A stretch of DNA of 14,893 nucleotides from Fibrobacteria bacterium. GTDB lineage: Bacteria; Fibrobacterota; Fibrobacteria; UBA11236; JADFYW01. The stretch covers positions 1 through 14,893 of the forward strand of contig JBNKOC010000005.1 of the NCBI GenBank assembly GCA_050294405.1, given 5' to 3'. Below are positions 7,344 to 14,893 of the stretch, in pieces. Position 1 is the first letter of the stretch, and every line of letters begins with the position of its first letter. Below the pieces are notes generated by a model. The model saw only the letters and a list, made by a program, of their open reading frames with translations, was not told the DNA's origin and searched no databases. The position numbers and the translations under genes are program-made.

Positions 7344-8516
7344 TTAGGGCAATATAAATGCCTTGTTTTCCACATACCCGCTGGGGGCTGAAAACCCGGC
7401 ATAGCCAACAATGGAGCCATGTTCGTTTATGGAATACGCCTCTGCATAGGTGTTTCTATTGGACGGTGTGACATCTACCATTTGGCTGATATCCAGATTT
7501 AAAATGGCCGCCCGGTTTTGTAGGCCGGGCGTATCCACTGGCTTTCTGCGGGCAATGCCAACAATAGTGCCGTCATTGGAAATGGCGTGGGGTTTAAATT
7601 CCCTGTACTCCCATTTACCCTTGATTACGGATCCCTCTATCCACTGGATTTCCGATGTTTGCACATTATATACATACCCGATCTGGCTTGTAAAGGATTT
7701 TAATTTGGACCCTACTAAAACATCTTGGTCGTTGATATCTTCGGCATCCAGGAATTCAATACCAGGAGAGGTCAAAATAACGGATTGCGCCAATTCGGGC
7801 AGAGTGGTGAGCACGATATAGGAGCTGTCGGTCCCGGTCACCTGGGTGACCACATAATTTTCGTTCATGGCCTTAACGCGTGATGACTGCATGCCTTCGG
7901 GATGTAGCGAAATATACTCCGAGGTATCGGACATCCAGATGCAGGCTTTTTCTACGGCAAAGGGGTCCACAATGGAGTCCACATAAAATCCGCCGATGAC
8001 ACCGGCTTCGTTGATGTGCGTGGCCGAAGTGGCGGCGGCGGAGTTTTGTTTAAGGGGCAGGTAACCCTCGCCATTGCCATTTATTTTAAAGGCAAAACAA
8101 GGGGTGGCAATCTGGGCTTCGATACTTGGGCTCAGAGGTTTTACATGTTCACTCAACATGGCGGTTCCCACAATGGTTCCTGCGTTGTTAATGCCCATGG
8201 GCCATACCGAATGGGCTCCTTGTATTTGCAAATGGGTGAAATTCTGTCGGTTGGTATCGATAGCAAAGCCCTCACTGGCTCCGTCATAAAACCGGTACAA
8301 GGGGCGATTATGGGAGTTGGTCCAGCCAATCAGACGCCCCTGGTCATTAATGCGCCAGGCTATGCTGTGGATATCTTCCTTAATAGAAGTCCCGGCGGGC
8401 AAGTGTAAGGCTTCGGGGGGAAAATTAATTTCGTCATCGAGTTTTGTGTTAAAAAGTATGCAGCCGTTGAAAGCCATTAAGGAGGTAGTCAAAAAAATGC
8501 TTTTCCAATGAATCAT
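7344..8516 (-). CDS. Lipoprotein with HAF-like extracellular repeats (probable beta-propeller)
   Basis: Lipobox FNGC. Repeats AWRINDQGRLIG, GINNAGTIVG, HINEAGVIGG, DINDQDVLVG, AISNDGTIVG and SINEHGSIVG, with FAF/KAC/RAA/KAF variants of the HAF strand. Confidence 0.85.
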   Translation of the reverse strand: MIHWKSIFLTTSLMAFNGCILFNTKLDDEINFPPEALHLPAGTSIKEDIHSIAWRINDQGRLIGWTNSHNRPLYRFYDGASEGFAIDTNRQNFTHLQIQGAHSVWPMGINNAGTIVGTAMLSEHVKPLSPSIEAQIATPCFAFKINGNGEGYLPLKQNSAAATSATHINEAGVIGGFYVDSIVDPFAVEKACIWMSDTSEYISLHPEGMQSSRVKAMNENYVVTQVTGTDSSYIVLTTLPELAQSVILTSPGIEFLDAEDINDQDVLVGSKLKSFTSQIGYVYNVQTSEIQWIEGSVIKGKWEYREFKPHAISNDGTIVGIARRKPVDTPGLQNRAAILNLDISQMVDVTPSNRNTYAEAYSINEHGSIVGYAGFSAPSGYVENKAFILP

Positions 8517-8567
8517 AATGGCCTGCTATTGTAGTTAGGTTCAAGTCAAATACCTGGAGGAAATAAG

Positions 8568-8726
8568 ATGCAAATTCGGGGCCATAATCCCAACCCCATA
8601 AAAAACACCAAAATAAGTATCAATTTTATATCTGCGCAAATCTTTGCACAACGTTACCAGAATATAAATAATTTTGTTAGGGCCACTGGAAGTAACATAT
8701 ACATAATAGCTGATGTATGGGGGTAA
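8568..8726 (+). CDS. Possible 52-aa small protein (below the ORF track cutoff)
   Basis: GGAGG at 8556-8560, 7 nt before ATG. Reads MQIRGHNPNPIKNTKISINFISAQIFAQRYQNINNFVRATGSNIYIIADVWG*. No recognisable motif. Confidence 0.25.
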   Translation: MQIRGHNPNPIKNTKISINFISAQIFAQRYQNINNFVRATGSNIYIIADVWG

Positions 8727-8823
8727 CGCTTAGTTTGTCTTAAGGGATGTGACTTAAAATTACATCCTTGTTGTTTGCCTAGTCCTGGTATAAAGTTCTA
8801 ATAGCCTTTGCTTTAAGCCCCGG

Positions 8824-8850
8824 CCAGCGCACTGCGCTGGATTTTTATTT
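8824..8850 (+). terminator. Orphan terminator-like hairpin
   Basis: CCAGCGC-ACT-GCGCTGG followed by ATTTTTATTT. No long + strand gene lies upstream. Confidence 0.5.
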
Positions 8851-9196
8851 GGGGTGGGGTGGGGAAATTTAAATGGCCTTGACTCAATGCAGACAAAAAA
8901 CCTAATTTTTGCTTAGAGTTCGTACCAAATCGCTGTGATATAAAAAATAGGCATCTCCCAGTGACTCCGATGCCCAAGCGGCATTGATTTCACCCAGGGA
9001 AATAAAACTCTGGTTGAACTGGTAAATCAGTTAGATGTACATGCCATCAGATTGCCCAATAAAAAAGTGTATGACCGTTAAAAGCAAGTATATTTTTTCC
9101 GGCAGGTTAAGCAAAATAAATTTCAAGAGATTTGGAATACAATTTTTCCCTTTTTAAGTAAATTATTCCAGAGGGAAGTTTTTGCGGAGGAAGTGG

Positions 9197-10225
9197 ATGA
9201 TTAAGCTGTTTTTACCGTTGCTGTTTTTTGGGGTAGGCCAATTTGCCTGGGCCCAAACCACGGAATCCTTAAATTTTTCTTTTGCTGGCGCCAACCGGGA
9301 ATGCCAAATTCATGTCCCGGATCAAATAGAAAATCCTCCTGTAGTCTTTTTTCTTCATGGTGCGGGCGGTAATGGCCCCGGATTCGCAAATGATACCAAG
9401 GGGGATGCCGTTTCTGATAGAGAAAAATTTATTGCCGTGTATCCCAGCGGAATAGGTGGAAATTGGGACTATGGCGACGGTTCTAACGATTTTACCTTTA
9501 TTTTAGCCCTCATTGACAGCCTGGACAACCGGTATCAAATTGATAGGGAAAGAATCTATGTTGCCGGTTTTTCCATGGGTGGAGGTATGACTTTTGCCTT
9601 GGCCTGTAATTATTCCGATGTCTTTGCGGCCATCGCCCCTGTTTCGTCTGCGGGAACGGTTTGTGAGCCCGAAAATAAGATTCCTGTTTTGCTCACATTT
9701 GGAACCCAGGATATATACCCAACAGACAGGTTTATGGAAAGTGCTGAGCGGTGGGCCGAATTGAATGAATGCCCATTGAATTCTGAAATCACAAGCCCTT
9801 ACCCCGCTTCCAATACCCAATCTGTGGTAACCCGCATCAGCTATGGTCCCTGTGCCGAAGGAACCTATGTCATCGCTGATTCCATCCACAATGGCGGCCA
9901 CGGCTGGCCCACCGATTCCAGAACCTCTGTAAATCAAGCCGACGAAGCCTGGGCTTTTTTCCAGCAATTCACCCTGACTGACTCAGCCTCAACATCTATC
10001 AAGGCAGCAACTGGTAAAAATTTCCTTTCGGCATTCTACTCTTCCGGAACAATTTATTTAAATCAAGATTTGCAATCGGCCCGGGTACGCATTTTGGATT
10101 CCCGGGGCAAAATTTTAGAGGAGCGGAAAGCTGTGACTAAAAACTTTAAATTTAGCCCTAATTCTCAGGGCATATACATGTTGTGGGTAAATGAGATCCA
10201 ATTGATTAAGCTGGCAATTCCATAA
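9197..10225 (+). CDS. Secreted alpha/beta-hydrolase esterase (CE1 / LpqC / PHB-depolymerase-like, possibly feruloyl esterase) with T9SS-like C-terminal domain
   Basis: GGAGG 6 nt before ATG 9197; signal peptide ending AWA; LHGAGG, GFSMGG (Ser), GTQD (Asp) and GGHGW (His). C-terminal VRILDSRGK...GIYML sorting-domain pattern. Confidence 0.9.
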   Translation: MIKLFLPLLFFGVGQFAWAQTTESLNFSFAGANRECQIHVPDQIENPPVVFFLHGAGGNGPGFANDTKGDAVSDREKFIAVYPSGIGGNWDYGDGSNDFTFILALIDSLDNRYQIDRERIYVAGFSMGGGMTFALACNYSDVFAAIAPVSSAGTVCEPENKIPVLLTFGTQDIYPTDRFMESAERWAELNECPLNSEITSPYPASNTQSVVTRISYGPCAEGTYVIADSIHNGGHGWPTDSRTSVNQADEAWAFFQQFTLTDSASTSIKAATGKNFLSAFYSSGTIYLNQDLQSARVRILDSRGKILEERKAVTKNFKFSPNSQGIYMLWVNEIQLIKLAIP

Positions 10226-10395
10226 ACCAGAAGACTTTGATTACTTCCCACATTTTATTTTGCCTTGATTTTGCAAAAAGGGCTCTTTTAGCCGCTTTCA
10301 ACTACCCACAAATATTTAACTTGAGGTTTTTTGTTGAATAATAATTTCACCCAAATTACCTTTGATTTTTAATAAAACTTTACTGGAGATTGCCC

Positions 10396-12201
10396 ATGTT
10401 AAACAAAAAAAACATTTCCTTGTTAGTACTACTGGGCTCCATATTTATAAACCCTGTTTTTGCAAATAACATCAATTCTGGTGGCCAAAAAGGGATTGTC
10501 CGAACCAAAACTGTGGAAACAAATGGGGTTGGCGGAATAAATATTGGAGGTTCTTTTAAATATGATGTGGATGATGAATACGCCTTAGGACCTGGAACCA
10601 GTGAACTGGTCTTAAACAACAGAACCAATCTTACTGTACCTCGTGATTATTCCCATTTATTTTCCGGGGATTTATTTCTAACCTATGGCCTGGCAAATTT
10701 TTGGGATATAGGGTTAGACCTGCCCATGTATCACGATAGAACCGGCTGGGGTGAAGACCATTCGGATATTGGCAACCTTGAAATTAGCAATAAAATCCGT
10801 TACCCCTTTAAACAAGAAGACCAGTTTATTAATCAGGCCTATTATCTTAATGTGATTTTGCCTACAGGTTCCAAGGGCTCTGGATTTTTCCCCAGACACG
10901 TTTATTATATCAAGGATATAGAAGAGCCTAGCAAAGACAGATATACATCGGATCAATTTGTTATTATCCCTCAAATGATTTGGTCCGCTTACTTCAACCG
11001 GCTTAATCCAAATTTGCCCCTTGAGATTCACGCCAATTTTGGCGGTGCCATACATAGTACCGGAGCCATCATTGCCGGACTTGCTATAAATTACCAACCT
11101 ACAGATATGTTTAGCCTGTTTTTGGAAATCAGCGGAGAATCAAGAGTTTTGCATTACACAACAGATTTTTCCTTTGAATCCTGGAATGACGATGTTTTTC
11201 TTATTACCCCGGGTGTTAAGATGCAATTTTCCAATGGATTGCATACAACCTTGGCCTTTGATCTGGGTATTTCTGACTGGGATGCCCGAAGCCAGTGGCA
11301 ACAAAGAGGGTTTGAATTTTCAACCAAGGGTAACCCCACTTTTGGCGTTCAGCTAACCGTAGGTTGGTCTGGCATGGCTAAACAATTGGATAGCGATAAA
11401 GATGGTATCATAAACAAATTAGACAAGTGCCCGCAAGAACCTGAAGATAAAGACGATTTTGAAGACGAAGATGGATGTCCTGATATTGATAACGATAAGG
11501 ATGGCGTTTTGGATAGCTTCGATGAATGTCCCATGCAAGTGGCAAAGGTTAACGGTTGTCCTGCCTTTGATGCAGATAAAGATGGCGTTTTGGATGAAGC
11601 TGATAAATGTCCAAAAGAAGCCGAAGACTATGATGGTTTTGAAGACAGCGATGGATGTCCTGATCCCGATAATGACCAGGATAAAATATTCGATACGGCT
11701 GATAAATGCCCTCAACAAGCCGAGGACATGGACGGTTTCGAAGACGAAGATGGATGTCCGGAACTTGACAACGATGGGGATGGATTTGTTGACTCGGAAG
11801 ACCGTTGCCCTAATGACAAAGGTCTTGCCCAAAATGAAGGATGCCCCATCGGAGAAATCAAGGGTAAGTTAATTCTAAGTGGAGTGACTTTTCAGACTGG
11901 CAGCGCAAAACTTACTAGCAATTCATACACCGTATTAGATCATGTAATTGAATCACTCAAGGATCACGAAGAGGTAAAGCTTGAAATTCAAGGTCATACC
12001 GATAATGTTGGTAGTGAAGCTGTTAATAAAAAGCTGTCTCAACAGAGAGCTGAATCTGTAAAAGATTATATCGTAATGCGAGGAATAGCAGCTGAAAGGT
12101 TAAATGCCGTAGGATATGGTTCTACGGATCCTGTAGCTGAAAATGACTCTGCAGAGGGCCGAGAAAAAAATAGACGGGTAGAACTAAAGCTTATCAAATA
12201 A
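10396..12201 (+). CDS. OmpA-family outer membrane protein (N-terminal barrel, thrombospondin type 3 repeats, peptidoglycan-binding domain)
   Basis: GGAG before ATG 10396; signal peptide ending VFA; DxDxDG...DxCP repeats; OmpA_C motifs IQGHTDNVG, LSQQRAESV and NRRVEL. Confidence 0.95.
   Translation: MLNKKNISLLVLLGSIFINPVFANNINSGGQKGIVRTKTVETNGVGGINIGGSFKYDVDDEYALGPGTSELVLNNRTNLTVPRDYSHLFSGDLFLTYGLANFWDIGLDLPMYHDRTGWGEDHSDIGNLEISNKIRYPFKQEDQFINQAYYLNVILPTGSKGSGFFPRHVYYIKDIEEPSKDRYTSDQFVIIPQMIWSAYFNRLNPNLPLEIHANFGGAIHSTGAIIAGLAINYQPTDMFSLFLEISGESRVLHYTTDFSFESWNDDVFLITPGVKMQFSNGLHTTLAFDLGISDWDARSQWQQRGFEFSTKGNPTFGVQLTVGWSGMAKQLDSDKDGIINKLDKCPQEPEDKDDFEDEDGCPDIDNDKDGVLDSFDECPMQVAKVNGCPAFDADKDGVLDEADKCPKEAEDYDGFEDSDGCPDPDNDQDKIFDTADKCPQQAEDMDGFEDEDGCPELDNDGDGFVDSEDRCPNDKGLAQNEGCPIGEIKGKLILSGVTFQTGSAKLTSNSYTVLDHVIESLKDHEEVKLEIQGHTDNVGSEAVNKKLSQQRAESVKDYIVMRGIAAERLNAVGYGSTDPVAENDSAEGREKNRRVELKLIK
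11389..11847 (+). repeat. Coding TSP3-type Ca-binding repeats within OmpA
   Basis: Five DxDxD(G/K)...DxCP units with EDxDxFEDxDGCP linkers. The 20-mer GAAGACGAAGATGGATGTCC is identical at 11461 and 11740, with a variant at 11641. Confidence 0.9.
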
Positions 12202-12223
12202 GTTTAATCCCATAGCACTTACT

Positions 12224-12261
12224 AAAAAGACTACTATCGAAAGATGGTAGTCTTTTTTTTT
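12224..12261 (+). terminator. Rho-independent terminator (potentially bidirectional)
   Basis: AAAAAGACTACTATC-GAAA-GATGGTAGTCTTTTTTTTT: long stem, GAAA tetraloop and U-tract, 22 nt after the OmpA stop. Confidence 0.93.
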
Positions 12262-12373
12262 AGCGGCAATTGTGTGAATGGAAGAAAGCCAATATCGTAA
12301 AAGCTGAAGTTTGTTCAGATCATGTTTTGGGTGACCTGACGTGTTGCTAGTAGGTGAAAAACACCTGGTTTCA

Positions 12374-12415
12374 TTAACCTATGTTAAGGAGAAGTTTGTG
12401 CCTTCCTGATAATTT
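12374..12415 (+). promoter_or_regulatory. Crp/Fnr-type palindrome plus extended -10 (class II promoter geometry)
   Basis: Perfect TTAAC-CTAT-GTTAA at 12374-12387 and TGaTAATTT at 12407-12415. With TAATTT as -12..-7, the box is centred at -41.5. Confidence 0.65.
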
Positions 12416-12450
12416 TAGAACATCTTTCAACCCAAGTAAGGAGTTCTAAA

Positions 12451-13422
12451 ATGAATATCACAACTAAAGCAATCAACTTTCTTCCCTGGTTCCTTATTTC
12501 CCTGGGAATTATGACCATCATAGATTTTCGGCTTGGGGCAGAAGCCGAGCATCTCAACGCCTGGGCCATGCTGCGCCATTTGTTTGGTGGAGACAGACCC
12601 AACACTTTGGCTGTACACAAATTGGGCCTGTACGGAGCTTGGAACCTGTTAATTTTGGCCAATGCGGTAGGCGGATTGATTTTAAAATTCCTCGTGCAGG
12701 GGGTGGGGCTGATCTCCCGCAGCTGGGTGGTAGCAATAGTGGCCACGGCACTGGTGCTGGGTACTGAAGCCCGGTCGGCAGAGTTTGGCACCTTTCAGAT
12801 GGGTCTCACCTTTGGGGAAATTCCCATTCTCTCGGGCAGTTTTAAACCTGGTGTGAGTTTGGGTTACCATATTAATGAATATTTGTATATCGGGGGGGTA
12901 CTACAGGCAAAGGATTATCTCAAACGGGATCAGGAATCCTTTAACGCAAAAAATACAGGTATATCAGGCTTACACAAATCCAGGGAAACAGTGGGAGAGC
13001 GCTTTTTAGCTCAGCTGCGGATTACACCTATGAAACATCTGCCCTATATATCAACTGGCTGGGTGTGGAATAACCCCGATGTGGAGACCATGGAATTTCA
13101 TCCCCAGGGAGACAGTCAGACCTGGGGTGAAAAGCTCATCCTGGCGCAGACTCGACCTCGTGGAAGCGGCCCCGGCCTAGGCATAGGTTATCAGTACGAC
13201 TTTAGCCATCGCCTTTCCGCCTACACTGATTTTACCATGGCCTGGTTCAGTGACATCGCAAAGCCGGAGTTTAAGCTTATAGAAGGCACCACCACCCAAC
13301 AGGAAGCTCTGGAAAAAGAAACACCGAACCTGGTAAAAGCCTATCAGGACAACTTTCACAATCGCTACCATGTCTTTAACCTGGGTATAGCCTGGAATTT
13401 TGCGGGGTACTGGAATGAATAA
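12451..13422 (+). CDS. Hypothetical protein: N-terminal membrane helices fused to a probable outer-membrane beta-barrel
   Basis: AAGGAG RBS; hydrophobic helices in the first ~110 aa. Then amphipathic strands (GVSLGYHINEYLYIGG, GLGIGYQYDF, LSAYTDF) and beta-signal-like FNLGIAWNF. Confidence 0.75.
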   Translation: MNITTKAINFLPWFLISLGIMTIIDFRLGAEAEHLNAWAMLRHLFGGDRPNTLAVHKLGLYGAWNLLILANAVGGLILKFLVQGVGLISRSWVVAIVATALVLGTEARSAEFGTFQMGLTFGEIPILSGSFKPGVSLGYHINEYLYIGGVLQAKDYLKRDQESFNAKNTGISGLHKSRETVGERFLAQLRITPMKHLPYISTGWVWNNPDVETMEFHPQGDSQTWGEKLILAQTRPRGSGPGLGIGYQYDFSHRLSAYTDFTMAWFSDIAKPEFKLIEGTTTQQEALEKETPNLVKAYQDNFHNRYHVFNLGIAWNFAGYWNE

Positions 13423-14143
13423 AATCACCCAAACTAAAACTGTGCTGGTCACCGGTGCTACCGGAGCCATCGGCTCCCAAATTGTCCGGTCTTTATCGAA
13501 GCAAGGGGCTCGTGTGATAGCTTGCGGGCGAAATGAGCAGCGTCTCACACACTTGGGAGAAATTGCGGGTGTTATCCCAGTCCGGTTGGATATGTCTAAA
13601 CCGGCCTCGCTGGAAGACGCCGCTCGGGATGTCGAAAACCGATTTCCGGAATTGGAAACAGTTATCCAGTGCTCGGGTATTCAAAAGTACGTGGACTTGC
13701 TCTCTCACACCAACCCGGTTGCCGCACTGCGCCAGGAAATGGAAGTGAACCTGGTGGGCACGCTTCACTTGACCTTGCGGCTGCTTCCCTTGTTGCTGGC
13801 TAATCGGGGAACTCTGGTGCACACGGGCACCCTATTGCAATATGCCCCCAAACAAAACCACGGCGCTTACTCCGCATCCAAAGCTGGACTGCATATGTAT
13901 ACGGATTACCTGCGACGTACTTTTAAGGGCTCGTTGCGGGTGGTGGAATTTATTCCCCCTGCGCTGGCTACCGGTCTTTCGGGACGGGAAGTGGATGCAA
14001 CCGGAGTCCAGGCATGTGTAGAGACCCTGCTGAAGGATCTGGAGGGGAGCCGCACCAGTTCCCGCTCTGGTATCGGGCGCATCTACCCCCTTTTGCTGAG
14101 GCTCTTTCCCAATTATATTTTCGATAAAACTTGGGAAAGCTAA
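13415..14143 (+). CDS. Short-chain dehydrogenase/reductase (DltE-like)
   Basis: VLVTGATGAIG, CGRN, EMEVN, YSASKAGLH catalytic YxxxK and VVEFIPP. ATG 13415 overlaps the upstream stop (ATGAATAA). Confidence 0.92.
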   Translation: MNKITQTKTVLVTGATGAIGSQIVRSLSKQGARVIACGRNEQRLTHLGEIAGVIPVRLDMSKPASLEDAARDVENRFPELETVIQCSGIQKYVDLLSHTNPVAALRQEMEVNLVGTLHLTLRLLPLLLANRGTLVHTGTLLQYAPKQNHGAYSASKAGLHMYTDYLRRTFKGSLRVVEFIPPALATGLSGREVDATGVQACVETLLKDLEGSRTSSRSGIGRIYPLLLRLFPNYIFDKTWES

Positions 14144-14146
14144 GAG

Positions 14147-14767
14147 ATGGCCACTGACAAAAAACCCGCGGAGTGGAAAAACGCTCTCTACCGCATGCAA
14201 AAGGTGATTTCCTATGTGCAGCCCCTGGACCTCAAATCCTGGGAAGCCATGGCAGTTCTTTTTCGCCCCAGTACTTTGCCTCGAGGGGGTTTTTTGTGCC
14301 GCGAGGGAGAGGTCAACCAAAAGCTGGCTTTTGTTTTGAGCGGGGTGCTGCGCTCTTATTACCTCACGCCCAAGGGAGAGGAATACAACAAAATATTTTT
14401 TACGGAAAATAGCTTTGCAGTGTCCCTGGCCTCGGCCATTCAAAAAGTTCCAAGTCCTTTTTATTTCCAGGCTTTAACCGATACATCCTATCTGTTGGCC
14501 GACTACGGCCAGCTCATGGGTCTTTTTTCAAACTATCCCGCCATCGAAACCCTTATACGCAAGCTCATCGAAATAGAATGGATTCGCAAGGAACGCCGCG
14601 AGGTGTCTATTGGCACTAAACAAGCCGCGGAATTATACCAGGACTTCAAGACCGAATTCCCAGGCTTAGAGGAGCGCATTCCCCTCTATCACATCGCTTC
14701 GCACCTGGGTATCACCCCCGTCCAACTCTCCCGCATCCGCAAATCCCTAAGGGAGGGTGAGGGGTAG
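14147..14767 (+). CDS. Crp/Fnr family transcriptional regulator
   Basis: cNMP-binding-like domain (LCREGEV..KLAFVLSGVLRSYY..KGEEYNK.FF.EN) and C-terminal HTH IASHLGITPVQLSRIRK. Starts 3 nt after the SDR stop. Confidence 0.93.
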   Translation: MATDKKPAEWKNALYRMQKVISYVQPLDLKSWEAMAVLFRPSTLPRGGFLCREGEVNQKLAFVLSGVLRSYYLTPKGEEYNKIFFTENSFAVSLASAIQKVPSPFYFQALTDTSYLLADYGQLMGLFSNYPAIETLIRKLIEIEWIRKERREVSIGTKQAAELYQDFKTEFPGLEERIPLYHIASHLGITPVQLSRIRKSLREGEG

Positions 14768-14811
14768 CAAAGATCGCGTCGTCTAAGCCATTTTTTTTCC
14801 TAAAATAAAAG

Positions 14812-14839
14812 GGAACCTTTTCCTTTTGGAGTTGTCTAA
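14812..14839 (+). promoter_or_regulatory. ECF sigma (RpoE/AlgU-like) promoter
   Basis: GGAACCT-N16-TCTAA, closely matching the sigmaE-type consensus GGAACTT-N16-TCnAA. Confidence 0.65.
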
Positions 14840-14844
14840 TAGCT

Positions 14845-14893
14845 GTGAATCCAAATTTGGCCCAAAAACAAGAATCTGCCAGGGAAGATGAAC
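14845..14893 (+). CDS. Probable 5' end of the next gene (truncated), possibly an ECF sigma factor
   Basis: GTG at 14845 opens MNPNLAQKQESAREDE..., open to the window edge and directly after the ECF promoter. An alternative ATG at 14888 is in another frame. Confidence 0.35.
   Translation, partial: MNPNLAQKQESAREDE

Noticed and set aside
8568..8726. Type I toxin-antitoxin reading of the small ORF plus hairpins
   Set aside because: The peptide has no transmembrane helix and no convergent antisense unit is evident.
8748..8764. CRP box TGTGA...TTACA
   Set aside because: The spacer is 7 nt rather than 6. It is better explained as part of the 8743-8769 hairpin.
8851..8864. G-quadruplex GGGGTGGGGTGGGG
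   Set aside because: Only three G-runs, so not a canonical intramolecular G4. Single copy with no supporting context.
11389..11872. CRISPR-like repeats and alternative-frame ORFs 11459-11872 (+) and 11419-11832 (-)
   Set aside because: The repeats are in-frame TSP3 coding repeats with irregular spacing, and the extra ORFs are shadows of that Asp-rich sequence.
1161..14443. Other overlapping or antisense ORFs in the track (e.g. 3431-3832, 7450-7821, 8016-8408, 9503-9967, 12384-12791, 13832-14443)
   Set aside because: They overlap well-supported genes and show no motifs or convincing RBS.

Overview
AT-rich bacterial accessory region with no core housekeeping genes, rRNA/tRNA, CRISPR array or intact transposase. 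GGAG-type ribosome binding sites, short T9SS-like C-terminal tails on polysaccharide enzymes and a TSP3-repeat OmpA suggest an FCB-group organism, possibly Fibrobacterota (inference). In order: 3' end of a pRiA4b ORF3-like gene; a small exported hypothetical; a translationally coupled lipoprotein + secreted His/Cys-motif orphan pair (-); exported HAD dehalogenase-like protein, pirin and group II truncated globin (+); patatin (-); GH43 with a CBM35-like module inserted inside the catalytic domain (+); HAF-repeat-like lipoprotein (-); a ~680 bp structured intergenic region; a CE1/LpqC-like esterase; OmpA with TSP3 repeats and a strong terminator; and a GC-richer three-gene unit (membrane-anchor/beta-barrel fusion, SDR, Crp/Fnr regulator). 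The window ends at an ECF-sigma-type promoter. The best candidates for new biology are the Crp/Fnr unit, which has a TTAAC-N4-GTTAA box in class II (-41.5) geometry, the orphan lipoprotein/His-Cys pair with upstream direct repeats, and the split GH43. Family assignments come from motif recognition only; no searches were run.
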